Shown one piece after another: positions 39,072 to 51,800 of a DNA stretch of 64,000 nt (position 1 is its first letter; each line of letters opens with the position of its first letter). This DNA is from Paraphysomonas bandaiensis. Its lineage: Eukaryota; Protista; Chrysophyceae. The notes below the pieces were generated by a model. It had not been told where the DNA came from. It made no database searches and worked only from the letters and a program-made list of their open reading frames with translations. A program made the position numbers and the translations under genes. The stretch is from NCBI GenBank assembly GCA_965644295.1, contig CBFFRP010000418.1, positions 62,001 through 126,000 on the forward strand, given 5' to 3'.

Positions 39072-39865
39072 TCTGCTGCTATGTAATGTGACACCAATTG
39101 TCCAGTGAGAACTGTGAATATCCTAGAATTGATCCGCTGCTGGCAACTGTGTTTTGAAGTACTTGCTTACTTCCGCGGACGGATGCGAAGACAATTATAT
39201 CCAATATTTGTATTTCATAGCTTTAGATATTAATATGTCAGATTGTGTCGTACTTAAAATAAGGAGTTTATTGCTGAATTATTGACAATTTGGGCTGGAG
39301 TTATTGAAAAGTAAGTACATGTGCTGGTATTACTGTGCGTCAGTATCACACTTCTGGTAGCCACTGTGGATCAATTTGTTTGTAAAGCAAGAGACTTCTG
39401 CAAAACTACATACTATATATAAGATATAAAATACTGTCTATATACCATAGAACTACATCATTTAGTTAACTGTGTTCTGGTATCCAAATATATGCACATT
39501 TCTATTAACTGTCTTCGGTGTCCTAATGTAATGAAATGCAACTAAACAGATCAGGGTTAGAGATAGTACACAAAAATTCGTAGCTTTAATATACACCATA
39601 AAACCTATATCCCATCATAAAAAGTAATATAACTTATTACAATATATAAAGTACACGATATCTGATATAATATCAATATAAACAATAAACAACATCAACT
39701 TCTCACAGTTAGAACTGCTTTTAGTGACATATCAGATAAATCAAGCGTCTTAATTTGTGAATAGGGAAATCGTTTCCTCATAGTGGCCACCACTCAAGTA
39801 AATACCATTTCAAAAGAAGACGAAATCAGGCGTACAGTTAAAACAAGTAATGCATGAGCCTTATA

Positions 39866-41047
39866 TTACATGAGTTCATCGGCATCAAAGAACTTCCTCA
39901 ATACCATTATTTCCCTTAAAGATAGGTAGTCCTGACAGCTTGCGCTTAAGATTTGAAAACAGTACAGCTCAAAATTTCGTCGCCATTCTAGTAATACTGA
40001 GCTGTGTTCATGATTACTGGGGAATATTTTATGGCAAAGCAATGCTTCGATTGCAAGTAGACCGATGAAAGTCCAATGGGGCGCCCGCAGATGTGGACTA
40101 GACACTTTCGCAGGGGTTACGAGTGTTAGTACATTGTGCCTGCAGCTAGAATAGACTGAAGCCAGTGAAATGTTACTATCAGCTGCTAGGCGAGCTCTTA
40201 TGCCTGTCACTCTCTCAGCCTCAGAGATGCCTTTTACCAATACGAAAACATCGTTTCCAGAAGAATTAGAGTCTCTGAAATAGTCATTCGCTAGTACAAT
40301 CTCGGGGGTAGTCATATATGACTTTGCTGTCTCGTTGAAGGTGTCTTCCATTGCATCCCATATATCATGGAAGAAATTTACTGACCTAACACTACTTAAT
40401 CGAAAATCGCATCGATCAGGTAGCCGACCTCGGGGTGTGCTTAGGTGTGATAGAACTGCTGGGAGGTCAGAGGGGAACTCCATACAAGTCTCGGGGCATT
40501 GTGTAGTATTCACATAATTGTCGCTATTTTTATCACAGAAGTCAATAGCATTGGAAATACTTTCCTGGAAGTCATTACTCGGCGCTTTATGTCCTGCTCT
40601 ATTGATAGAAGTCTGACTGTGTTCTCGATTCGTTCTCTTCACAAAAATGGGGCCGATAGATTCTTCAACGGGTTCAGAATCAGATCGAGTGCGCAACTTA
40701 CATGCAGATACTTTCCATTCCATGGCTCTAACGCGACATGGAGGATGATAACTCTTGGCAATACTGCTATTAACTCTTGACTTAAAAGGACCGCTCGAAT
40801 CAACTCGACGAAACACATCTTCTTTGATTGATTTGCGAATAATGCCTTTTCGACATACTGCACTGCTACTCTTCTTTCTGTTAGGGGATCCAGAGGGTCT
40901 AAAATCTCCTTTAAGATCACTGAGTTTAACCGCTGGAGATATCAACTCACTGCTATCGTCTCGACAGCTCTCCATATCCAGACACAACACAGGCATAGAC
41001 TTACTATCACCCTTCGACCGCCGCCGGAGAAGATCTCGAAGCAGCAT
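39866..41047 (-). CDS. Hypothetical protein, 393 aa, disordered N-half and helical C-terminal domain
   Basis: Long ATG-started ORF with coding-like composition; no family recognised. Confidence 0.65.
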   Translation of the reverse strand: MLLRDLLRRRSKGDSKSMPVLCLDMESCRDDSSELISPAVKLSDLKGDFRPSGSPNRKKSSSAVCRKGIIRKSIKEDVFRRVDSSGPFKSRVNSSIAKSYHPPCRVRAMEWKVSACKLRTRSDSEPVEESIGPIFVKRTNREHSQTSINRAGHKAPSNDFQESISNAIDFCDKNSDNYVNTTQCPETCMEFPSDLPAVLSHLSTPRGRLPDRCDFRLSSVRSVNFFHDIWDAMEDTFNETAKSYMTTPEIVLANDYFRDSNSSGNDVFVLVKGISEAERVTGIRARLAADSNISLASVYSSCRHNVLTLVTPAKVSSPHLRAPHWTFIGLLAIEALLCHKIFPSNHEHSSVLLEWRRNFELYCFQILSASCQDYLSLREIMVLRKFFDADELM

Positions 41048-41167
41048 GGTTTAATAGTAATGAAATGATATGATACTCAACACTCCAAGCTGGACAAAAC
41101 AACAACAGCCATTTGACGGTTGAGAAACAAAGAATACTGTCCGTATATACAGTATATACCCTTCTGT

Positions 41168-41500
41168 GTATGTATGTATGTATGTATGTATGTATGTATG
41201 TATGTATGTATGTATGTATGTATGTATGTATGTATGTATGTATGTATGTATGTATGTATGTATGTATGTATGTATGTATGTATGTATGTATGTATGTATG
41301 TATGTATGTATGTATGTATGTATGTATGTATGTATGTATGTATGTATGTATGTATGTATGTATGTATGTATGTATGTATGTATGTATGTATGTATGTATG
41401 TATGTATGTATGTATGTATGTATGTATGTATGTATGTATGTATGTATGTATGTATGTATGTATGTATGTATGTATGTATGTATGTATGTATGTATGTATG
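41168..41500. repeat. (TATG)n microsatellite, about 333 bp, between two divergent start codons
   Basis: Pure tetranucleotide repeat. Confidence 0.98.
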
Positions 41501-41555
41501 TGTGTACAGCAGTATGGTGGTATGGTTATAGCTATATATAATTTAGCCCGTGAGG

Positions 41556-42779
41556 ATGTACCGCCCATTTTCTCGTCTCCTTCTTCGTCCCCTCCGTTTG
41601 TCTCGATCTCTCCTCCCCCGCAATGTGCATAGTTCTAAGCCTGCTTTCTTTTACAAATCTGACATCACGAGCAGCAGTCGCTATGAGTGGGATATTGTGG
41701 ATATTAATGCGGAGATTCAGGCACTTTGTGGAGACTTTCAACCATCAGATCTCTCTCAAGGTAGTCAGGTGGACATTCGTCGGGAGGGTAGCGGGGAGTG
41801 TGGTGATGATGGTAAGATAGCAGGGAGTGATAGCAGAGATGTACAGCAGACTATAGTTAGAGCAAGACCCGATGACAGGGATGCACATACAGTGAGTGGT
41901 AGTAGAGGTGCACAGCAGACTATAGTTAGAGCAAGACCCGATGACAGGGATGCACATACAGTGAGTGGTAGTAGAGGTGCACAGCAGACTATAGTTAGAG
42001 CAAGACCCGATGACAGGGATGCACATGCAGTGAGTGATAGCAGAGGTGCACAGCAGACTGTAGTTAGAGCAAGACCCGATGACAGGGATGCGCATGCAGT
42101 GAGTGGTAATAGAGATGCACAGCAGACTATAGTTAGAGCAAGACCCGATGACAGGGATGCACATGCAGTGAGTGATAGCAGAAATGCACAGCAGACTATA
42201 GTTAGAGCAAGACCCGATGACAGGGATGCACATGCAGTGAGTGATAGCAGAGGTGCACAGCAGACTGTAGTTAGAGCAAGACCCGATGACAGGGATGCAC
42301 ATACAGTGAGTGGTAGTAGAGGTGCACAGCAGACTATAGTTATGGCAAGACCCGATGACAGGGATACATATGTTAAGTCCCTTCCCAACTTATCTTCACT
42401 ACGATTTTTGGTGATATATGCCCCCTCGAATATGTCGGTTGACTCTTTAAAGCAAGAACTTAAGAAATTCCCTCTCTCTGTTGACGTTGTCCCTTGGAAT
42501 TTTAAGGAGGGTTCACTTGCTGAGACTCTGGCTGGACATGAGTTCAATGCTGTAATTGTTGCGGCCAGCCCCGATTCCATAAGCGATTCAGCTCACAGCA
42601 TACTGAAACTCTGCAGTAGATCCGCCAAAGTAGCTCTCGTTTATCCTAAAGCCGATAACAGCGGATTGGAAACTACATGGGCTACATGTGTAGTCAGTGG
42701 ATTGGGCGTTGAATCTGGTGTAGTTGCTTCGTTGACAGGATTGTTATTAGAACTTCAGGGCAGAAGTAGTTCTGGTTGA
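41556..42779 (+). CDS. Hypothetical protein with a mitochondrial-type presequence, about 8 x 23-aa repeats and a C-terminal alpha/beta domain
   Basis: MYRPFSRLLLRPLRLSRSLLPRNVHSS is R/L/S-rich with no acidic residues; the ORF stays open through the 69-bp repeats. Confidence 0.7.
   Translation: MYRPFSRLLLRPLRLSRSLLPRNVHSSKPAFFYKSDITSSSRYEWDIVDINAEIQALCGDFQPSDLSQGSQVDIRREGSGECGDDGKIAGSDSRDVQQTIVRARPDDRDAHTVSGSRGAQQTIVRARPDDRDAHTVSGSRGAQQTIVRARPDDRDAHAVSDSRGAQQTVVRARPDDRDAHAVSGNRDAQQTIVRARPDDRDAHAVSDSRNAQQTIVRARPDDRDAHAVSDSRGAQQTVVRARPDDRDAHTVSGSRGAQQTIVMARPDDRDTYVKSLPNLSSLRFLVIYAPSNMSVDSLKQELKKFPLSVDVVPWNFKEGSLAETLAGHEFNAVIVAASPDSISDSAHSILKLCSRSAKVALVYPKADNSGLETTWATCVVSGLGVESGVVASLTGLLLELQGRSSSG
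41825..42372 (+). repeat. Coding minisatellite, 69-bp unit, about 8 copies (QQTIVRARPDDRDAHxVSxSRGA)
   Basis: CAGCAGACTATAGTTAGAGCAAGACCCGATGACAGGGAT recurs at 69-nt period from 41844. Confidence 0.95.
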
Positions 42780-43897
42780 CGTTGTTGACGCATGTACTCT
42801 TTATAGTTGTTGCTCCATTGTTATTATTTTCTAGTTCTCTTTAGTAGTGGCAAAATCTAGATATAAACGATAAAAGTGTTGTCTGCTTACATAAAATGGC
42901 GTTGATGGGATACGTTTGCAGGTTGGGATACACTCCCATATAGTGAAACACAATTCGCGTCTAGGAACTAGGTGGACTTTTAGGTATGCGTTACTAGTAT
43001 GGTCTAAAATCTGCTCTGTGTGACAAATACATTCACATCGTTTTCAACGTTGTTGTGTGTAAAATTAATTGGGGCAGAATGTAATAGTTTGTAATGTTGA
43101 GATCTGAAGATTCTATATACTTGCAATTGAGTGCAGTATTATGTGAGATGCAAGGATCGAAAGATATATATGTAATTAGTACATTATATTGTGTAGTATG
43201 AAACTGAAGTAGAAGTGGGTGACTATACAGGATACGATCACTGAGTGTGTGGTTTGTACACTATAGTAGTAAATGAATGGTGTTGAACACATCGAGCACA
43301 ACTTAGGTTCTTCATCATGTAATGTTTATAATTTTCATCTTATCATTTGAGAATAGTAAACCTTAGCAAATAATGTCAACTTCTGTTATGTAATTGCAAG
43401 TACAGCCACCCAAATTAAATGTAGTAAGTAATCTATATATTTATCAAGAGTCAGTCGCTGACATTGTATATTCGACTGTGGCCTCGTTTCACTGTTTGTT
43501 GTAATCAAACTGCGCTGAGTACTGTGCATGTTACAATCCGTGCATCCTCATTACTGTCGAGGAGCACCACTTGTAAATACGTAACTACTACCGAATCATT
43601 AAAAAGTGTGAATGTGCTATTCCAAATAATGGTATGCTATACACAAACCACTTAGTAACGGTGAGGTCAGCACGTCTGCACACAATCTATATTTAAAGAA
43701 ACTAATGTTTCAGGCGACCATATCTCAGTACGCTGCGGATAATATCACTCATTACAATACGCCAAGAAAGAACCAAACGAGAAAATTTAGAAATATCGTA
43801 ATATATTTTCTAATTATAGACAGAATTCAAGGAGATGCTTAGGTGATAAGTTACCACTCGCCCACATATACAATATACACTACTTCAAGGTTGTGCG

Positions 43898-44677
43898 TCA
43901 GCACGTTGCAGAGTTTTCTGCTGTAGCCTCTGGATAAGATTCATTATCCAAAATAGATACCATCTTTCTAAAGGCGGGCTGCATGGTTGCTTCAATGCTA
44001 ATATCTACATTTAGTACAGGGTGTCTAAACTTGATATTCTGAGCGTGTAGATACATTGTATCGCTGCCCCATTTTCGGGTAAACAAATTGTTTTGCTTGT
44101 TACAGCCATGAGTGCGGTCTCCAATGATAGGGTGAAAAATATGGGCAAAATGTTTCCGAATTTGGTGATATCGCCCAGTGACTGGTTTAATAGTGACTAA
44201 CGAATATCTTGATGTCGAATGTTTCCCTAAAGGTACGGGTACTTCAATTCGTTTCAATGTCTCATAATGGGTAACGGCTTCCTGAATCTTGCCAGATGTA
44301 TTCTTAATAGCGTAGTCAATTGTACCGCTATCTTCACAGTATCCCCTCACAAGCGCTATATACTCCTTACCCACTTCTCCGTTCATAAACAACTGCTGCA
44401 TGGCGCTGTTTGTCTCCTCATTCAGAGCGAACACAAGCACTCCACTTGTTTTCCGGTCCAATCTATGCACAGGATATACTTTCTGATCGATCTGATCCCG
44501 CAAGATCTGTACCGCAAACTCATCTGCATCAGGTGCAATGGACGTGCTGTGCACCAGCAGACCGTGAGGCTTATTGACTGCTATGATATTATCATCTCGA
44601 TAGAGGATTTCCATCAGATTCAATGACGAGGATAATACTCTGCTGATTCTAATGCATTCTCTTCTTTGAAATAGCAT
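43898..44677 (-). CDS. truC: RluA-family pseudouridine synthase, tRNA Psi65 synthase (TruC)-like, intronless
   Basis: ILYRDDNIIAVNKPHGLLVH, catalytic HRLDRKTSG, TruC-type SRYSLV..KP.TGRYHQIRKH, HPIIGD..HG, LHA. Confidence 0.85.
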   Translation of the reverse strand: MLFQRRECIRISRVLSSSLNLMEILYRDDNIIAVNKPHGLLVHSTSIAPDADEFAVQILRDQIDQKVYPVHRLDRKTSGVLVFALNEETNSAMQQLFMNGEVGKEYIALVRGYCEDSGTIDYAIKNTSGKIQEAVTHYETLKRIEVPVPLGKHSTSRYSLVTIKPVTGRYHQIRKHFAHIFHPIIGDRTHGCNKQNNLFTRKWGSDTMYLHAQNIKFRHPVLNVDISIEATMQPAFRKMVSILDNESYPEATAENSATC

Positions 44678-45039
44678 AACTCATGGTGGTGTTCATTATC
44701 TTAGTAGATCAGCACACATAGAAGCCACTATAGTAACATCAGAGGCACATACAGCACATACAGATGAACAATTTCACGTGTCCAAAACCATGGATTTTTA
44801 GAGGATAAATACAATATTTTCGAATTTTATCATACAGTATTCTGACAACCCCCAAACACACCAATCATTGAATAGTATGTCGCATTGGTTGGCTATTATA
44901 TGTTCGTATCCACCATATGTTTTTACAGGTTTGGTTTCTAGATTTTCTTTCAATGCGGTTTCTCTCATATCATACTTACAACAACAAACAGTCAGTCCCT
45001 TCTATCTGCTGTGCTACTGCTTCATTAGACTCGGGAGTC

Positions 45040-46247
45040 ATGACCACTGTGCCATTAGGTAAAACTGTTCTTGCAATGTTTGGGGGGATCTCAACGGTTT
45101 GTGCTGGAACCGTTGCAGCCAATTATCTGGACACGAGGTATCTACCCGGACCGTTATTTGATTGCACTGAAACAGTATTATTATTATAGTGATCCTCCTC
45201 AGTTTGGTTTATCATATTCAGGAGTGAGTCGATATGATCAATCAACGCTTATCGGCCGTTATAAACAGATGTTCTTCGCTTGTGATCCATTGTTATTACT
45301 GCACAGTGACGATTCTTTTCGTGAGGCTGCTGCGGTGCTGGCAAAGGCCAAGGCATGCTATGAGGAGCAACCCAACCTCCAGCAAACCCCAGAACAGAAC
45401 AGGCGCCTATGGAATTTAAAGCGAATGGTAGATTCGGCAATGCCCAACCCTGATAACGGCGAAGTTGTGCCAGCTCCCTTTCGCATGAGTGGCTATGTTC
45501 CATTCAATGGACCCATATGCGTCGCCATGGTTGCGAGCACATCTACATTTGGCCTGTTATTTTGGGCATGGGCTAATCAGAGTCAAAATGCACTGGTGAA
45601 CTACTACAATAGGAATGCTAGTAGCACTATGAGCAACGAAACACTGGCCAAATCTTATGGCCTGGCAGTGGGCACAGCACTTTCTGTGGGCTTTGTATTA
45701 TCAACGGTTGTGAAGAAAAAGTTCCCTCCTCAAAAAGGTAATGAGTTCTAACTTTTCTATTGTATTTAATCCTGCATTGTTCACAGCTAATCAGCTTCTC
45801 AAATTCGTGGCATTCCCTTCATCTGTCCTCGCATCGTCTCTCAATTGCTATATTGTTCGCTCCCCTGAAATAAGTTCAGGAGTACCCCTTCTACACCCTG
45901 ATACACTAAAGGATGTACTACCAGGCGAAACCTCGTCTGTGGCGGCCAAGAAAGGGGTGCACGAGACTACAGCTAGCAGAGCCATTTTGCAAGTGCCAGT
46001 CTATTTCCTTCCTCCACTCTTGACATCCACATTGTTCTCTCCTGTATTGGCAGCCAATCCTGCCCTCAGTGTACCATTAACGACATATCTACTGGTTGTT
46101 TCTTTTGGATTTGGGCTACCTCTAGCTATAGCGATGTTCCCACAGTACGGTGAGGTAGCGGCACAGGAGGTAGAAGAGAAATTCAGAGCGGTAACTGATG
46201 CAACCGGTGCCGCAATTAAAAGTTTTAAGTACAATAAAGGTTTGTAG
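45040..46247 (+). CDS. Sideroflexin (mitochondrial tricarboxylate/serine carrier family), 3 exons
   Basis: RYDQSTLIGR, DP..L, P..GE.VPAPFRMS.YVP.N, WANQS.NA.VNY.NRNAS, TTASR, LPLAIAMFPQ, C-terminal YNKGL. Confidence 0.92.
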
Positions 46248-47703
46248 TGGGTTGGTATACATGTGGTGTGATTTGCTATACAGTGATCAGTCACTAAGTA
46301 TTGAATGTCAACGATTTAGTCGAGTTGCTATCACGCGTGCTGACATGAAACCTAAACACTTATATTTAGTAGAATCTCGAGCAGTATGTTCTCGGTTCTC
46401 GGTGGTTATTAATAACTCAGTTGAAGGTTACTATGTTGAAAACACACGTCACATCATTGCAAGTATGAAATTTATGTGAACTAGAGTTGAATTTTTGCAA
46501 TTATTCTTTTGACTATTCAGTATTTGACCGCTTTCCAGTTTAGTGAATTGAAAATCCAGAACATGATACAATTGATAGCTTTTGATGTTGTGGGTCAAAC
46601 ATTGCAAGTTATGATAAATTCGCATCATAGTAAACACCACTGTAACACCCTCCTATTGGTGTCAGCATCATCTAATCCAGTAACGAGTCCAATATCTCTG
46701 ACGCGCTGCTCATCAGCACTCGATATCGACTGTTGTTCTTCATTAATCATTGCTCTGATCCTTCTCAGAGCTAAATGAAACAGACTAGAGTCATGAAACT
46801 CCATTTCAGGTTCTCCCTCCATGGTACTAATAGATAACTAACAATGAATATGACTACAACTACAATAATACTATCTACAAGCAACTTCCAGAGTACAGAA
46901 ATTGCATCTTATTATCAACAATCAATATATACATATGATTCCCAGGCCAGAGGAAGGCCTGCAGGAATGACCTTCATCCATATACATCACTAATAGCTCA
47001 GCCTGATCACAACTGATTCATCATCAATGCATAAGGGAAGATACATTCAGTATTCTCATTGTAGTTGAAGCCTTGTATACGTACTTCCAAGTACAGTTCA
47101 ATAAACAATAAGTACCTAATGAAATACATAAGTACAACTGTATTACTGGATAATCTGGCAATACACGTCTATCAGCGTGGATATCAAACCCGGAATTCTC
47201 CAGTAAACAGTAAACTTCTCCAGCCTTAAGCATTAATATATATATATAATAAGAACATATACATATATATCATCAATCATAATATCTTCATCATTGAACT
47301 TCATTATTGGTAATCCTATCTTTCTTTGTCTTTTGAATACATATATAAGTATCAATGATAAGCATAAATTGTCATATTCATAATATATCATATAGCTTAA
47401 TGTGAGATATGGTAATAATAATAATATTCAACCTATGTTGTCCAGATAGTATGTACAAACTTAAACATATACCATAGAGAGCTCATATAGCATAAAATAA
47501 CCAGATATGGCTGGTTATTACACCACGGTAGTTTGAACGAAAAATTCATAACTGTGATCATATAGGTATATAGGGGATGTATCCCACTTCCCATAACGTA
47601 TAAATACTACGGCTACTAGCTTACCTCAAAGTAAAATGAGAACTAGAATTTACAAAAAGACAAGACAAATCGCTAGATTCTTGCATATAGTTGCATTCAT
47701 ATA

Positions 47704-48340
47704 TTAAAAATCATCACTGTTGAAGGCACTCTGGGAAAAAGGATCCGTCTGATTTTTCGGGTTTTCTGTACTGGTGATATTCGATGCAGAATTAAGAATT
47801 TGATTAATGTCCATATCTCTTGGGCTTCCTGATGCGAGCACTTCATTATTCTATTCAGTAATAATAATATTAAAAGCACAAAGGAGAATCGAAAGCGTAG
47901 TATACCTGGCTGATAACAACACAATATGGCACCTGGGAAAACGCGAACTTCGACTTCAATTGCTCCTTGATTTCAGGTTCGACAAATATATGAGTCATGT
48001 TTTCCCAATTTCTGTGTATGTCCAGTAAATAAACCTGAAAGTATATATGGTGGCGCATTACCCGTCGACCATATCAGCAGCAACTTCCTTATCGTTCAAG
48101 CAACACGACACAAACACGACATCAGGTTTCTCTTCCGCCATATCGTTCAGCTTGTCAAGTGCTGCGGGACAACGTGTGCATTTTGTTGTCCAAAAATCTA
48201 TAGAAAGTAATATGATTAAGACAGTTTACGAGTGTCTGCTATGCAACTCTACCGATGACCATAACACGACTGTTCGCCACCTTATGAATGGTGCTGGTTG
48301 AGTCATCACCCAATAGAGTTACAGAGAAATCATCAAACAT
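47704..48340 (-). CDS. Small thioredoxin-like protein, 4 exons
   Basis: Manual splicing gives VMVIDFWTTKCTRCPAALDKLN (CxxC), VFVSCCL, QVPYCVVI (cis-Pro loop), ending SDDF*. Confidence 0.75.
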
Positions 48341-48822
48341 ATTCACAGTAGAATGTTGGACAGTTTAACAGTATCTGGAGTGTGTATAATTGTGAGTATT
48401 GAGCCACAGTGAGTGTCTAGGGATCATATATACATACATGCATTCATACATACATGGGGAGTGTTTGGATTTCAAATCATACACACACACTGTACGGATA
48501 TACAGTATCTGAAGTAGAGCAGTACACAGCATCAGGAGTACATCAGTACACACCAGTATGTAAATTTACCGGAAAATGCACAAAAAAACTGCGAAGAGTT
48601 GATCTAGTACATACACAGCAGCAGTATGTACATCTCTACGTGTACTGCAGTATACATACACCGGTACACGTGTAACTATCAGTGTGATCCTATGCTGAGT
48701 AGGAGAGTTAAGTTAGCGGATGTCTTGTCGATTAGTTTGATCTGATATGCTCTGCATGTGTTGCGTGTGATCACCACATCTCATCTATCGTTATACACGT
48801 GAGCTGAGGAGTGTCAGTTATC

Positions 48823-51800
48823 ATGGAGGACGCTGCTACTGTCATGCCCCGGGGAGTCCCCACGCTGTCTTATATCAGAGTGCTCAGTCAGGACGACAGC
48901 CAGGCTAGTGACATTGCGATTGACGGAGACTTTGTTTCGATAGTAGAGCCTGGACAGGTGAGGGTTGGTTGGTTAAGGGAGGGGAGGGGAGGCTAAGCTA
49001 GTGTTGGTTAGGGCGGGTTGGGTGGGTTGGTTAGGGCTGGGTAGGATAGGATTGGGTAGTTGTGCTGTATAGAGTTAGTCATACGTGTGATGCTGTGATA
49101 TTATATGTACAATTAATTTTTGTTTCCAGCCAACAACTCGTCATGAAGTAGCTCACGTATTTGAGCGTGGTATCACTGACCAGGAACTATGTGAGGCTAC
49201 CATTGGCCAGGAGGCAGGGGCGGCGATGGACGCATCACTAAACCCCATAGCTGCGTTTGTAGAAGACGCTGCCTCTGCTGTTATATTCATGGTGGGATCA
49301 AAATTTACGAAAAAATGGCAGTTCCTTAAGGTCAGTGGCTCTATCCGAATTGACCTTATTAATCTTAGAGCTTGCTCCACAGCGAGTTTTTCTACCATTC
49401 CTTGGAAATGAGTTATTCGCCTGCTTGTCGGACAAAGAGCAACAAGGTAAAGAAGTGTTTGAGTACGAGGCCACTCTATCAGCTTTCGAAATCCAGAATG
49501 AGGTCAGTGTTAATCAATGTACACCGTATGGAATGCTATGACAAGAGTGTACACTCCTGTATATGTTAGTCATCATTGAGTGTACACAGGTCATTAGCGA
49601 CCTACTTAGGCCGGCAAACAGAGGACTTGCAATATCAGTGACGCCTGAAAGTGGCGCTGTTGTCAAGGTACGCACCCCTATAACGACATGTATCGTGTAA
49701 GGCATATGTTTTAAGGGTATTCATAAAGAGAAAATATCGTCCGAGGCATCGTTAAGGCAACTGTTTGTGGACGCTTGTGATAATCGTTCCTCTCACACAT
49801 TACCTCCTGGCGCAAGCATCGATACATCCTGTGTGGTGTGGGATATATCGCTTTCCCAGAAAGAGGGAGATGACGACCTTGTACTCTTCAACACCTCTCG
49901 CTTGCTGATAGTGGATGTACCCGCCGTTAACCCTCTCTGCATGACCACTCAGGATGCCAGAATGTTCGAAGGACCCAATATTCACAAGTCTCTCTTCACT
50001 TTTGCTGACTGTGTCAGGAAACTTGCTAACCCTGTTAAAATTGCTTTAGCCCCGTTTCGTTCATCGAAATTGACACATTTCGTGGGAGAGCTCCTTGGTG
50101 GAAATGCGATTGTGGTGGCTATCGGGTTACTGCACTCTGGAGAGCCAGCTGTGTCCAGGAAAACTCTCGAGCTGATGAACCATCTAACCAACGCTAGGTA
50201 CGCTGCCCAAATCTTGATGTGTGAGGATTTCTTTATTGCCTGTGAGGCTAAACGTGTGTGTTATGCGACTGTTTCTTAGGCACTACCCCATATCAGGAAA
50301 GGAGATGAGCGAAATTGTTCAGGTATCAAGATACTCTATTTGATTGATCGTATATGTATCACCTGTAGCTTTCCAATGTATTGATGCCGGCATTACATGT
50401 TTATACATGGAAGTCTATTGTGACCTAGGCACTGAAAATATAATCTCTCTACCTGTACAGGGGCTAATGATGAAGTATCGCTCTATGATTCTCAATATGG
50501 AGGATGAGGTGGCAACCGCAAAGCTGGACATACCTATGGATGACAAAAATAAAGAGAGAGAAATGGAGGACATTTTAGCTGCCCGAACGAAATCTATAGA
50601 GGATCGTATGGCAGAACTACAGAAGGACCTTGCCCAGGCTATAATTGAGAGAACGGAGGCCAAAGAAGACACCGCCAAAGTGTATGAGATGCTGGAGATT
50701 ATGAAAGCGAAATACACCACTCTTATAGGTATTGCTTACGTTGTCAGTATCATTGCATGCTGATAGATATCTAGAGGAGCGCAAGGAACAAAATGAGGAA
50801 CTACTAAAGGTTGAAACTGAAAAATTAGAAGTGGCGAGGGCGTTGGTGGACATGAAAATGGTATGAAGAGATATGTTTGCCACTTAGTTGCATCACGTGA
50901 GTTCGTTGTAGGAGCTGAGCAACTTCATGGAGGAAGCTGAGAAGGAAAAATTTGAAATGACGTCGAACATTCTCGCTCTCAAGAATGAGCTCTTCGAGAT
51001 AGATGAAAAGGAGCAATTGGCTAGGGTCTGTATGTAGTCAAAATTAACGTATTTTTGTTAACATGTTGATAATAGCTGGAACTTAGTAGCGCCCAAAAGG
51101 AGCTTACAGAAGCCAATCGTGCTCTAACACAAGAGAAAGAAAACTGCACACAGGTTTACCTATAAATATTTTTATTACAGATATGCCTCTAACCATATAT
51201 CCAGTTTAAAACTCAGTTGAATGATATCCGAGAACAGTTGGAAAAAGTAGAGGCCAGAAATTTGGATCTAAGTAGATTTTTTTACCAATATTGTGATTAT
51301 ATATTTTATGTGTTTATTCTGTAGGTGCTGAGCTAGTGACGCTTCTAAACACGAAAGATACTTTAACGGCCGAGCTGGCAAGTGCCCGTAAACAAGTTGC
51401 TGATATGGAGGAAACCCTCAATATGGACAGCTCAGACATAACTGCATTAAGAAGCGCCAACTCGGATCTGGAAGCTAAGGTACTCTATCATGTGAATATG
51501 ATATTATCACGCGCTGGTCGTTTGCGTGGTTGCCTTAACACTTGAAGTACCTACATGCTCTCTCTCCCCTATCCTCATGTTAATGTGTTGTTTCTTTGCA
51601 TGATAGGTGAACGATCTGGAAAATGAAAATGACCAGCTCCAGAGACAACTCACAGAAGAGAGGTTTGAGATTCACCGCATGAAGATTGAGTTAGAGAAAA
51701 GTAAGTTAGAGTTCGAACAAAGCGCATCAGAGTATCTCAAGGATAAGGATGCGGTTCTGAAACGTGAAACTCAGGCCGTACAAGCAGAACTTCATCACCT

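Noticed and set aside
46449-47233. Coding-looking fragments on the minus strand (also 54500-55300)
   Set aside because: Interrupted by stops, no recognisable family or consistent splice model; may be decayed elements but cannot be supported.
48958-49060. TTAGGG-like, G-rich runs in the first intron of the kinesin-like gene (also 5155-5200)
   Set aside because: Only isolated TTAGGG hexamers within low-complexity G-rich DNA; not an interstitial telomere array.
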